Origin: Nautiliaceae bacterium
Lineage (GTDB): Bacteria > Campylobacterota > Campylobacteria > Campylobacterales > Nautiliaceae
Assembly: GCA_039831155.1 (NCBI GenBank)
Contig: JBDONT010000041.1
Coordinates: 1 to 64,000, forward strand
Length of the DNA stretch: 64,000 nt
Reading direction: 5' to 3'
Part shown: one piece after another, positions 28,367-37,976 of the stretch
Layout of the letters: the number at the start of each line of letters is the position of its first letter
Position numbering within the stretch: position 1 is the first letter of the stretch
The notes under the pieces: generated by a model
What the model was told of the DNA's origin: nothing
The model's database searches: none
The model's input: only the letters and a program-made list of their open reading frames with translations
Made by a program: the position numbers and the translations under genes

Positions 28367-28555
28367 ATGAATAATACTTTTTTAAAATTTCATTTGGAAG
28401 ACAGAAAAGAAGATATGAAAAAGAAATGGAAAATATTGGGTTATTTGGACGCTTTGGAAAAAGAAGCTTTTGAAAACAAGCATATAGTTCTGCCGGAAAA
28501 AGAAGTTAAAAGATATTCTATTTCCAGACTTAGAAAAATATTCGGGGCGGTGTAA
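28367..28555 (+). CDS. Small protein heading the bcs operon (possible BcsR analogue)
   Basis: 62 aa, strong SD AAGGAG, stop abuts the bcsA GTG; KKWKIL resembles the BcsR KRWPLL motif (weak). Confidence 0.6.
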   Translation: MNNTFLKFHLEDRKEDMKKKWKILGYLDALEKEAFENKHIVLPEKEVKRYSISRLRKIFGAV

Positions 28556-30910
28556 GTGGAAAAAATATTAAAGATTTTATTTGTAGTTTCTTTTGTATTG
28601 TTGGTTTTAATAGTTTCAGCATATTCGCCGGATATAGTGCAGTTGGAGTTTTTTATAACGATATTTATTTTAAATTTGGTATTGGTACTTTATTCTAAAT
28701 TAAGAAAACAAGAAAACGAATATATTAAATTATTTTTAATAGTATCGGCTTTCACTTTTTCTTTAAGATATTTATACTGGAGAACTTTGTATACGTTGAA
28801 TTTCGATAATATTTTTAATGCGTTGGGCTCTTTATCTTTATATTTAGCGGAGGTTTATTCGTTTTTCGTATTTTTGCTTGGAGCTTTTATAGCATTAAGA
28901 ATTTATGATAGAAAAAGTATACCTATTGATGATATACCGCCGGAAAAGTTACCGACCGTTGATATTTATATTCCTACTTATGACGAGCCTTTGGAAGTTA
29001 TTAAGCCTACTACTTTAGCTGCAAGTGTAATGGATTATCCTAGAGATAAATTTAATATTTATATTTTAGATGACGGGGGTACGGAACAAAAAAGATTTCC
29101 GGATTTGGAAAAAGTAAAAAAAGAAGCTGAAGAAGAGATTATAGAAAAATATAAAAAAATTTATATGAAAAAATATAAAAATTGGGATGAGGAAAAAATC
29201 ATTCAAAAAATTAAAGAAGACAAAAAAGATGAAATAAAAGCTCATCAGGAAAAAGAAGTGGAAACGGCTAAAAAAAAGGGTGAAGCCGCTCAAAAAAGAA
29301 AAAAAATGTTGGAAGAATTTGCGGCTATTGCCGGAGAAAACGTTCATTATTTAACAAGAAAAAGAAATGAACACGCAAAAGCCGGGAATATTAACGAAGC
29401 TTTAAAACATACAAACGGAGATATTATTTTAATTCTTGATTGTGACCACGTACCTACTCAAAATTTTTTAAGAGAGACGGTCGGATTTTTTATAAAAAAT
29501 CCGAAACTTTTCTTAGTTCAAACTCCTCATAAATTTTATAATCAAGACCCTATTGAAAAGAATCTTAGAATATTTAGACAAGTTCCTAATGAAAACGAAA
29601 TGTTTTACGGATTTATTCAAAAAGGTCTTGATTTTTGGGATGCTTCTTTCTTTTGCGGGTCTGCGGCTATGCTTAGAAGAAAATATTTGGAAGAGGTTGG
29701 AGGGATTGCCGGGGATACGATTACAGAGGATGCCGAAACGGCTTTAGAACTTCATTCTAGAGGTTATCATAGTTATTATTATCCTAAAGGAATGGTATTC
29801 GGATTGCAACCGGAAACTTTTTCCGCATTTGTGGTTCAAAGGTCTAGATGGGCTCAAGGTATGATACAAATATTTTTATTAAAAAATCCTTTATTTAAAA
29901 AAGGTTTGAAATGGTATCAAAAACTGGGTTATTTAAATGCCAACGTGTTTTGGTTTTTCGGACTTGCTAGATTTACGTTTTTAATAGTACCTCTGTTTTT
30001 TATCTTTTTTAATTTAAAAATTTATGATGCGACTTTAGCGGATGTTATTTCTTATTCTTTACCGCATTTTTTCTTTTCCGTACTGTTGAGTTATTATTTG
30101 TATTCTAAATATAGATGGCCGTTTTTTTCCGAAGTTTACGAATCTTTACAGAGTCTCTTTTTATTACCGGCTATTATTTCGGTTATTTTAGCTCCGAGGT
30201 CGCCGACTTTTATCGTTACTCCAAAAGGGGAGAATATCGAAAAAGATTTCGTAACGCCTTTTTATAAACCTATTTTCTTTTTATTTAATATAACCGTTAT
30301 AGGTATTATGATAGGTATTTATAAATATGTTCAAAATCCTGACCAAAGAGGGACGTTGGCGGTATTAGGTTTTTGGATGTGTTTTAATATTTTGTATTTG
30401 GGAGTAGGAATGATAGTCGCTCACGAAAAGCCGGAAAAAAGAACTTTTCATAGAATTCCCGCTAATGATGAGGCGATAGTTTATATTAATCATAAGGCGT
30501 ACGAAGGGACGGTTAGGGATATATCTTTAACAGGTATTTGGATAGAGGTTCATAAGGATATTTCCCATCTTTTAAAGGATTATGTATGGGATAAAAAACT
30601 TAAATTTTTAATTAAAGACGAATACGGGATAATGTTTGCGGTGGAAGGGCAAGTGGTTAATGCCAATGCCCATAATATAAGAATGAAATTCGTTTTTGCC
30701 AATATAGACCAAGAGAAAAAAATTACTCAACTTGTATATGCTTCAAGTTCCAGATGGAAGTTGTTTATGCAAGAAAAAGCGGTTAGTCCTTTTTATTCTA
30801 TAATGTTTTTATTCAAATTGATATTTAGAGATTTCGGAAGAGCTTATATAGAGGTAGTGAAGACTTTTTATAAAGATTTATTAGGTATAATTTCGTTTAA
30901 AAGAACTTAA
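28556..30910 (+). CDS. bcsA: Cellulose synthase catalytic subunit (GT2 + PilZ)
   Basis: RYLYWR, DDG, HAKAGN, DCDH, QTPH, FFCGS, TED, QRSRW, FxVTPK gating loop, PilZ RxxxR (RTFHR) and DISLTG. Confidence 0.95.
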   Translation: MEKILKILFVVSFVLLVLIVSAYSPDIVQLEFFITIFILNLVLVLYSKLRKQENEYIKLFLIVSAFTFSLRYLYWRTLYTLNFDNIFNALGSLSLYLAEVYSFFVFLLGAFIALRIYDRKSIPIDDIPPEKLPTVDIYIPTYDEPLEVIKPTTLAASVMDYPRDKFNIYILDDGGTEQKRFPDLEKVKKEAEEEIIEKYKKIYMKKYKNWDEEKIIQKIKEDKKDEIKAHQEKEVETAKKKGEAAQKRKKMLEEFAAIAGENVHYLTRKRNEHAKAGNINEALKHTNGDIILILDCDHVPTQNFLRETVGFFIKNPKLFLVQTPHKFYNQDPIEKNLRIFRQVPNENEMFYGFIQKGLDFWDASFFCGSAAMLRRKYLEEVGGIAGDTITEDAETALELHSRGYHSYYYPKGMVFGLQPETFSAFVVQRSRWAQGMIQIFLLKNPLFKKGLKWYQKLGYLNANVFWFFGLARFTFLIVPLFFIFFNLKIYDATLADVISYSLPHFFFSVLLSYYLYSKYRWPFFSEVYESLQSLFLLPAIISVILAPRSPTFIVTPKGENIEKDFVTPFYKPIFFLFNITVIGIMIGIYKYVQNPDQRGTLAVLGFWMCFNILYLGVGMIVAHEKPEKRTFHRIPANDEAIVYINHKAYEGTVRDISLTGIWIEVHKDISHLLKDYVWDKKLKFLIKDEYGIMFAVEGQVVNANAHNIRMKFVFANIDQEKKITQLVYASSSRWKLFMQEKAVSPFYSIMFLFKLIFRDFGRAYIEVVKTFYKDLLGIISFKRT

Positions 30911-30924
30911 AGGAGGAAAGGAAA

Positions 30925-31419
30925 ATGGCTCTTTTTAAAAAAGCTAAAATAGAAAAAAAAGTTCAAGAGGAGGTTATCGATACCGGATTGGTTCCTGAAG
31001 AGTTGGTTAATGTAAAACAAAGAGACGTTTTAAATAGTTTTTTAAGTAGTGTATTGGAAGTTGGTGATGAAAGTGATTATGAATATTTATGTGATATTTC
31101 CGCTAAGGCTTTTTATAAAAAAAACGCTCTTTTTTTAGAATCTATAATAGAAACTAGCGGAGATGATGTAAAAGTTGCATTTGAATATTTAAATTATTTT
31201 TTGCAAACTTTCGGATTAGGAAGTTTTCAAGCTCTTATTAAGGAAGATGATAAAGAGATAATAGTTTATCATTATAATTCTCCTTTTGATGAGATTTATG
31301 AAAAGGATTATTTTTTAAAAGAATTTTATAGATTGTTTTTTGATGTTTTATTAGATACGAAGACAGACGTAGTTGAAAGGAAAGAGGATGATAAGAAAAT
31401 TTTTGTTATTAATATTTAG
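30925..31419 (+). CDS. BcsD-like (cellulose synthase subunit D / V4R-TRAPP fold) protein
   Basis: 164 aa; LNYFLQTFGLGSFQALIKEDDKEIIVYHYNSP...FLKEFY aligns by eye with BcsD LN..L...GWG.V.L.....L.I.H..LP...LEGLY; located inside the bcs operon. Confidence 0.55.
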   Translation: MALFKKAKIEKKVQEEVIDTGLVPEELVNVKQRDVLNSFLSSVLEVGDESDYEYLCDISAKAFYKKNALFLESIIETSGDDVKVAFEYLNYFLQTFGLGSFQALIKEDDKEIIVYHYNSPFDEIYEKDYFLKEFYRLFFDVLLDTKTDVVERKEDDKKIFVINI

Positions 31420-33508
31420 TTTTATTGCATTTTCGTATGCGAAAAGTAACGTATTAAAGTTATCGGACCTTTATCCGGATCAAAAAATTTTAAGAGGTTC
31501 GCAAGGGGGGACGGTTCTTACAATCCCTATCCCCGATAGGGTAAAAATAAAAAAAGCTATGATTCATATAGAATATATCCCGTCTAAAGCTTTAGTGAAG
31601 CAAAGAAGCGTTTTAACCGCAATGTTTAACGGAGTGGCTTTGTATCAACAAAGATTAGACCCTAATATAGACATTTATTCTTATGATATTTCAATTCCTT
31701 TGTATTTGATTAAAGATATTAATAAATTTAAAATTTTTGTAACTCAACATTATTGTATGGATTGTTGTGAAAATGGTTCTTCTCCTGAACTTTGGACCGA
31801 AATTTTGTGGGATAAGAGTTATTTGAAAATAAATTACGATTATAAAAAAATGAATAATGATTTATTAACATATAGAGATTATGTGTTGGATTATAAAAAT
31901 TTTAGTCCGATTTCTATAGGTATTATGACCGAAACGGATAGTGACGATTATTTAACTATGGGAGCTAGAATCAGCGGTTATTTAGGAAGTGTTATAAAAT
32001 ATAGAAAAATTTATATAAAAAGAGTTGAAAACATTAATAAAGATATGGATATCTTTTTGATAGGAAGTACGGATTATGTTAAACAAGTTTTAAAAATAAA
32101 AAAAGATATTCCTAATATTTTCGTAATGAAAAATCCTAAATACCCGAATAGAGCGATTATAGTGCTGAATGCGGAAGATAAAACGGAATTGAGAAATATT
32201 ATAGATTCTTTTATTTCCATACCGAAAAATCTTTTAATGGGTAAAAGTATAGATGTTTCTAAATATAAAAAACCTCTTATAGACGCTTATGAATCTCCTT
32301 TATATATTCCGTTGGGTAAAAAGGTTTATTTTAGCGATTTAGGATATGACGATTTAAAATTTTATCATCCTAGTTATCAATATACGGTAAATTTTAATAT
32401 GCCTCCGGATGTTTTTATGATTTCTCAAAAGAAATTTACTTTCCATCTTTTTTACAATTATAACGAAGCGGTTAAAGACTCCTCCGCAATTAATATATTC
32501 ATAAACGGAAAATTCGTAACCGCTTTAAAAGCGGATAAGACATACGGTACTTTATTAGAAGATGCGGAATTGAGAATACCGGTTTATATGTTAAAACCCG
32601 GGAAAAATTCGATTACTATTCAATATGCTTTACAAGCCCCGGGAGGAGGACGTTGTCAAAGACCTAACGGTTTATTGATGCAAGGTACCGTTTTTTCAAG
32701 TAAATCTTATATAGAGCTTCCTAGATTTCCTCATTGGAGGGAAATGGCTTATATGGAATTGTTTACTACAACCGCTTATCCTTTTTCGATTTATCCGGAT
32801 TTAAAAGGGACTCAAATATATATTGCGGAAAAAAGTAAAAATTTGGTTTCGGCTATGTATACTTTAATGGCTTATATAGGAGAGAAAACATTTGTTCCTT
32901 TATATAACGTTTCGGTTGTAAGTTCTCAAGAGGATATTAAGAAATCAAGTAACGTAATTGCGATAGGAGCTAATTTACCTAAAGAATTTTATAAAAATAC
33001 TCCTATAATGTTTGATGACGATAAAATTACCTTAAGATTTAACGCATTTAAAAAGATAGAAGATACGTTAAAAAACAGGCTTTTAGGTATGAAAGAAAAC
33101 GAGAATTTACAAACTATTATAAAATTGAAAGACGATTTAATTAATGAAACGGTTTTTACGGAAGGTAGGTCTCCTTATGGTGGAGATAAAACATTTTTGA
33201 TTATCACTTCAAAAAGTGATAAAGATATTTTAAAAAGTATTAAAAATTTATACGAACCGAAATTTGCAGGATATATTAAAGGCGATTTGGTTATAATAGA
33301 CAATAAAAAAGATAACGTATATTATGCTGATGTCGGAAAAAAATATTATGTAGGGCATTTACCTTGGTTCGAGTATTTTATGTTTAAAATAGGTTTTTCT
33401 TATCCGATGTTGGTATTAATGTTTTTAATTGTGGCTATGACTATAGTCGTAGTATTAAAATTATTACTTGATTTAAGATTAAAATTTAAAGAGAAAGAGT
33501 GGCAATGA
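31388..33508 (+). CDS. bcsB: Cellulose synthase periplasmic co-catalytic subunit B
   Basis: Signal peptide, two repeated CBD/flavodoxin-like halves, C...PELWT and second Cys, YPFS, YYVGHLPW before the C-terminal TM anchor; ATG 31388. Confidence 0.88.
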   Translation: MIRKFLLLIFSFIAFSYAKSNVLKLSDLYPDQKILRGSQGGTVLTIPIPDRVKIKKAMIHIEYIPSKALVKQRSVLTAMFNGVALYQQRLDPNIDIYSYDISIPLYLIKDINKFKIFVTQHYCMDCCENGSSPELWTEILWDKSYLKINYDYKKMNNDLLTYRDYVLDYKNFSPISIGIMTETDSDDYLTMGARISGYLGSVIKYRKIYIKRVENINKDMDIFLIGSTDYVKQVLKIKKDIPNIFVMKNPKYPNRAIIVLNAEDKTELRNIIDSFISIPKNLLMGKSIDVSKYKKPLIDAYESPLYIPLGKKVYFSDLGYDDLKFYHPSYQYTVNFNMPPDVFMISQKKFTFHLFYNYNEAVKDSSAINIFINGKFVTALKADKTYGTLLEDAELRIPVYMLKPGKNSITIQYALQAPGGGRCQRPNGLLMQGTVFSSKSYIELPRFPHWREMAYMELFTTTAYPFSIYPDLKGTQIYIAEKSKNLVSAMYTLMAYIGEKTFVPLYNVSVVSSQEDIKKSSNVIAIGANLPKEFYKNTPIMFDDDKITLRFNAFKKIEDTLKNRLLGMKENENLQTIIKLKDDLINETVFTEGRSPYGGDKTFLIITSKSDKDILKSIKNLYEPKFAGYIKGDLVIIDNKKDNVYYADVGKKYYVGHLPWFEYFMFKIGFSYPMLVLMFLIVAMTIVVVLKLLLDLRLKFKEKEWQ

Positions 33509-34440
33509 AAAAATTATTATTAATTTTTTTTCTTTTATTCTCTTTTTTGTTTGCAACGGATGTTACTAAATTTATAAAATATAATTCTTATGTAATAGAC
33601 CCTTACAATCATAATAGGGTAACTTCAGAAGCTCAAGGATACGGACTTTTATATGCTTATTTGACTAATAATAAAAAATTATTCGATTCTATGTGGCGTT
33701 GGACTAAAACTCATATGCAAAGAAGAGATTCTCTTTTTGCTTGGAATTATAATAACGGTAGAGTTATAGATTATAATAATGCGACCGACGGAGATTTGTT
33801 TATAGCTTATTCTCTTTTAAGAGCATCTTATAAATGGCATAATGTCGGATACTATGAAGAAAGTAGAAAAATAATAAAAGAATTGAAAAGATATATTTTG
33901 GAGATTAACAATAATATGATTTTATTACCCGGTAAACATGGATTTGTTAAAGAAAACGGTATAGAAGTTTTTCCGGCTTATTATATTAAATTTATTTTCG
34001 ATAGGTTTTACGATGAAACTAATGATATTACTTGGAAATATATTGCCGATTATACGGAAGTATTATATAATCAAAGATTAAGCGATAGAATGTTGTTTTC
34101 TTTTTTCAATAAGAATTTTTCCAATGTCTCCGTAGTTACTATGGACGTTTATAGAGTGATTTTATATCAATATTTAAGTAACGGGCATATAGAGTTTTTA
34201 AAGAACTCTTTTAAAGAAATTAATAAATTTTTTATTAATAACGGATATATTCCTTTAGAATATAGATTTTCTTCTCTTACTCAAACCAGAACGGAATCGC
34301 CTTATTGTGTATACGGGTTGTTTTATTTATTATATGACAATAAAGCTTATTTAAAAAAATATTTGGATTTGAAAAAAGTTGATAAAAAAAATTATTTTTG
34401 TAGTTTTTTAGATTTTTTCTTACAAAAGGGGATTGAATGA
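33505..34440 (+). CDS. bcsZ: Glycoside hydrolase family 8 endoglucanase
   Basis: Signal peptide, TSEAQGYGL, LFAW, NNATDGDLFIAYSL, LLPG..GF, D..R base motif. Confidence 0.9.
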   Translation: MKKLLLIFFLLFSFLFATDVTKFIKYNSYVIDPYNHNRVTSEAQGYGLLYAYLTNNKKLFDSMWRWTKTHMQRRDSLFAWNYNNGRVIDYNNATDGDLFIAYSLLRASYKWHNVGYYEESRKIIKELKRYILEINNNMILLPGKHGFVKENGIEVFPAYYIKFIFDRFYDETNDITWKYIADYTEVLYNQRLSDRMLFSFFNKNFSNVSVVTMDVYRVILYQYLSNGHIEFLKNSFKEINKFFINNGYIPLEYRFSSLTQTRTESPYCVYGLFYLLYDNKAYLKKYLDLKKVDKKNYFCSFLDFFLQKGIE

Positions 34441-37400
34441 AAAAGGTGGTGTTGTTAATTTGTGTAATAGTTGAGCTTTTTGCTTATTCTTTAGTAGTAA
34501 ACGATAAATCCGATGCAAATAAATTAAAAAAAGCAGGAATGAATTGTGTGTTGGATAAAAATAATAATTATTATAGATGTGCAACGTCGAATGATATAGC
34601 TCAATTAAAAAGGATTCAACAATATATAGCTAAGACTTATAAAATAAATGCTTTTATAGCTCAAGATAGTGATACTGCAAATATGGTGGATGTGAAGAAG
34701 ATAACTTCTCCTTTAAAGAAAAGAAGTAATAAAAAATTAAAAACGACAGATATTAAGAAAACCGGTTGGTGTTTGCAAATAAGCAGTTCCACTTCAAAAA
34801 ACAGTATTTTAAGAATTTTTAAAAAATATAGAGATTACCCTTTAGCAAGAGTTGAAAAAATAGGTGGATATTATGTTCTAAGAATAGGAGAAGGAAGTTA
34901 TTCAGATATCATTTCTTTAAAAGACGAGATAAATAAAGGAATTGTAAGAAAATGTGATTATATTCCTCAAAGAATCGTAATTTCAAATGTTGAAAGTAAT
35001 TCTCTTGACAATAAACCCGCTTTGAAAATTACTCAAGCTAAAAGTATAGAAAAGAAAATAATCAATAAAGTAAGCGACCAAAACGGTTCTAAAGGAGACG
35101 ACCAGGGGGTATTGATATCAAGAATGTATAAAGCTTTGAATGCGGGAGATTTAATTACCGCAAAGAATATAGCCGGCGGTCTTATAGATACTAATCCTCA
35201 AGATGCTTATAATGTTTTAGGAATAGTTTCTATGAAAATGGGTAAATGGGATAAAGCTTGTGAATATTTGAAAAAAACATCGAATAAGAAACTTGCCGAT
35301 ACGGCTTGTTATACTTATAATTTAAAAGCCGGATATTCTTATTTGCAAAAAAATCCTTCCGTAGCCCTTGAATTTTTTCAAAACGCTCAAACCTATAAAA
35401 ATAATAAAGACGTGTTGTTAGGAATGGGATATGCTTATTTAAATATGAATCAATTATCCAAAGCATTGGAAATTTTTCAATCTCTTTATGAAAAATATCC
35501 TAATGATAAAGCGGTGATAGGGGGGTATATAGCTGCTTTATATAATGCTAAAGATTATAATAAATTGGAAGAGTTAAAGCGTAAATTGCCTGCCGATTAT
35601 GCTTCTTTGTTTAAAAAATACGATACTTATATAGCTTTAAATAAAGTTAACGAACTTTTGAAAAAGAAAAAATATATGCAAGCGGAGAGTATTTTATTGG
35701 ATTTGTATAAAAAAAATCCGGATAATGTAAACGTACTTTTAACATTAGGAAATTTATATTTTCAAACGAATCAATTGGATAAAGCGGAGAATTTTTATAA
35801 TAACGTTTTATTAATTAATTCGGATAATATTTATGCTCTTCAAGGTTTAAGAGGGATAGCCGCTAAAAGAGGAGATTTTAAAAAAGCTTTAGAATATTCG
35901 GATAAACTAAGGGCTTTAGGTATTGATGTGGACGATACGAAAATAAAAAGTCTTTATTATTTAAGATTAGCTAGAGAATCTATGAAAGCTAAAGATTGTC
36001 AAAATGCTTATAAATATGCTACGTTAGCTAAAAAAGAGGATGAAACTTTAGCTGAAGCTTATATGATTTTAGGAGATTATTATACGTTTTGTCAGAAAGA
36101 TAAAAGAAGAGCTTTTTTAAATTATGAAAAAGGTTATCAGTATGCTAAAAATAATTTTGATATGAAGTTGAAATTTTTATATTCTCTTTTACATTATGAT
36201 ATGTTTACTCAAATTAAAATAGTGTTAGAAACTATAGACCCTTCTAAATTAACTCCTGTACAAAAAGAAGATTTAAGAAAATTTTATTCGGCTCTTTATG
36301 TTAAGTTCGCTTCTTATAAATTCAAAAATAAAGAGTATAAAACAGCTATTAAAGTTTGTGAAGAGGGGTTGAAGTATGATAGTGCCAATCCCGCTTTATA
36401 TGAGATAGCCGGTTGGAGCTGTTTTAGATTAAAAAATTATAAATGTGCTAAAGATTATTTTCAAAAATCGGTTGCTTTGAGTAATAGTGAAAAAACTAAA
36501 TACGCTTTGGCTTTGGCTTATTTAAATTTAGGAGAAAAGGAAAAAGCGGTTAAAATTTTGGATTCGATAGCTTCTACGAAAGATCCTGATTTAAGAGTAA
36601 AAATTGCAGATGCTTATGTCTCTTTAGGGGAAGTTTCAAAAGCCGAAAGACTTTTAAAAAGTATAAGAATAAAAACTAGAAGCGTTCAGCCTCAATATAC
36701 TCCTCAAGATGTTCCGGTGCCTATAATAAAAAAACAAGATAACGGAGAGTTTTTCCCTGATGTCTTAGATAGTAAAGCTAATGATTTATTTTATAAAAAG
36801 ACGGTTTTGATGAGTATTAACGATTTAAAACCGGTTTATGTAAAAAATAAATATACTTCTAAGTTAAAAGAGGAGTATCAAGAGTTACAAGAGAAAATTT
36901 TGTTATCGAAAAGTAATTATTTGAATAATGTTGAAGTAGGATTAAATTTAAGAACGAAAAGCGGGACTACCGGTTTGGGACAACTTAGTGATTTGCTGTT
37001 TTACTTTAAAGGGGATTATTTTTTAGGAACAAAGAAAAAAATATACGCTAAATTAGGTTTTTTGAATTTATCTAGCGGTAATGTGGAAAATTATGCTCAA
37101 GTAGGAGCGAGCGGAGGATATTTTATTGACGATTGGTTGACGGATTATACGGGGTTTATGCCTAAAATAGGATTCTCATATAGTGGGGAAAAGATTTTTA
37201 ATATAGAATTAGGAACCACTCCTATAGGAGATAACCCTATTTCTTATGCTTATGTAGGTAGACTTGCGGTGGGAGCTAGAAAAAAAAGTGAAAAATATTT
37301 ATTGACTTTTTCAAGAAGTGCAGTAAAAGACTCTATTTTATCTTATGTAGGAAACAATGACCCTTACAGTGATAGAAGTTGGGGAAGAGTATTGGATAAC

Positions 37401-37976
37401 GAGGTAAAATTCGAATATGAGAAAACATTGGATAAAAATGATTCTATGTTTTATGTTGCTTTTTCTATAGGTTATTTGGATGGAGAAAATGTAAATGAAA
37501 ACGAAAAATATGAAATAAATTTATTTCCTTTAAAGTATTGGGGAAATAATATTTTGGATTATGATTACTTAGGACTCTTTAGTATGGTTCAAATATATAA
37601 ACATAATGAAAATAGCTTTTTATATTATAGAGGGGGATATTTTTCTCCTAAAAGTTTTTTTCTATTTGCACCTAGATATGAAGGGTATGCGTTTGACGAT
37701 GAAAAACAACTGGGAGTTAAAGCGTTTATAATGGGTGGTCCTCTTTTTTATGATGAGGATAACGCTCAAATGTCGTTAGCTTTGGAAGCCGGTATTTATG
37801 CTAAATATATTTTATCCGATTCTATCGTTTTAAAAGGAGGAGCGGATTTGAGACGTTCGGGAGATTATACCGATGTGTATGTTAATTTTGCTTTACAATA
37901 TTATTTCGGAAAAAAATTGTATATTACGAAATCAGAATTAAATCATAATATGAAGGAGATGTTAAGAACATGGTAA
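34437..37976 (+). CDS. bcsC: BcsC-like outer-membrane export protein: N-terminal SPOR-like domain(s), TPR array, C-terminal beta-barrel
   Basis: Signal peptide, many TPRs; barrel motifs R.KSGT.GL..L, LGTTP.G, R.AVKDS.LSY.G..DPY...WG.V, GGYFSP. Confidence 0.85.
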   Translation: MKKVVLLICVIVELFAYSLVVNDKSDANKLKKAGMNCVLDKNNNYYRCATSNDIAQLKRIQQYIAKTYKINAFIAQDSDTANMVDVKKITSPLKKRSNKKLKTTDIKKTGWCLQISSSTSKNSILRIFKKYRDYPLARVEKIGGYYVLRIGEGSYSDIISLKDEINKGIVRKCDYIPQRIVISNVESNSLDNKPALKITQAKSIEKKIINKVSDQNGSKGDDQGVLISRMYKALNAGDLITAKNIAGGLIDTNPQDAYNVLGIVSMKMGKWDKACEYLKKTSNKKLADTACYTYNLKAGYSYLQKNPSVALEFFQNAQTYKNNKDVLLGMGYAYLNMNQLSKALEIFQSLYEKYPNDKAVIGGYIAALYNAKDYNKLEELKRKLPADYASLFKKYDTYIALNKVNELLKKKKYMQAESILLDLYKKNPDNVNVLLTLGNLYFQTNQLDKAENFYNNVLLINSDNIYALQGLRGIAAKRGDFKKALEYSDKLRALGIDVDDTKIKSLYYLRLARESMKAKDCQNAYKYATLAKKEDETLAEAYMILGDYYTFCQKDKRRAFLNYEKGYQYAKNNFDMKLKFLYSLLHYDMFTQIKIVLETIDPSKLTPVQKEDLRKFYSALYVKFASYKFKNKEYKTAIKVCEEGLKYDSANPALYEIAGWSCFRLKNYKCAKDYFQKSVALSNSEKTKYALALAYLNLGEKEKAVKILDSIASTKDPDLRVKIADAYVSLGEVSKAERLLKSIRIKTRSVQPQYTPQDVPVPIIKKQDNGEFFPDVLDSKANDLFYKKTVLMSINDLKPVYVKNKYTSKLKEEYQELQEKILLSKSNYLNNVEVGLNLRTKSGTTGLGQLSDLLFYFKGDYFLGTKKKIYAKLGFLNLSSGNVENYAQVGASGGYFIDDWLTDYTGFMPKIGFSYSGEKIFNIELGTTPIGDNPISYAYVGRLAVGARKKSEKYLLTFSRSAVKDSILSYVGNNDPYSDRSWGRVLDNEVKFEYEKTLDKNDSMFYVAFSIGYLDGENVNENEKYEINLFPLKYWGNNILDYDYLGLFSMVQIYKHNENSFLYYRGGYFSPKSFFLFAPRYEGYAFDDEKQLGVKAFIMGGPLFYDEDNAQMSLALEAGIYAKYILSDSIVLKGGADLRRSGDYTDVYVNFALQYYFGKKLYITKSELNHNMKEMLRTW

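Noticed and set aside
31505-35525. Phase-variable poly-G tracts in bcsB (31505-10) and bcsC (35520-25)
   Set aside because: Only 6 G each and both frames are intact; Campylobacter-type contingency tracts are usually 8 or longer.
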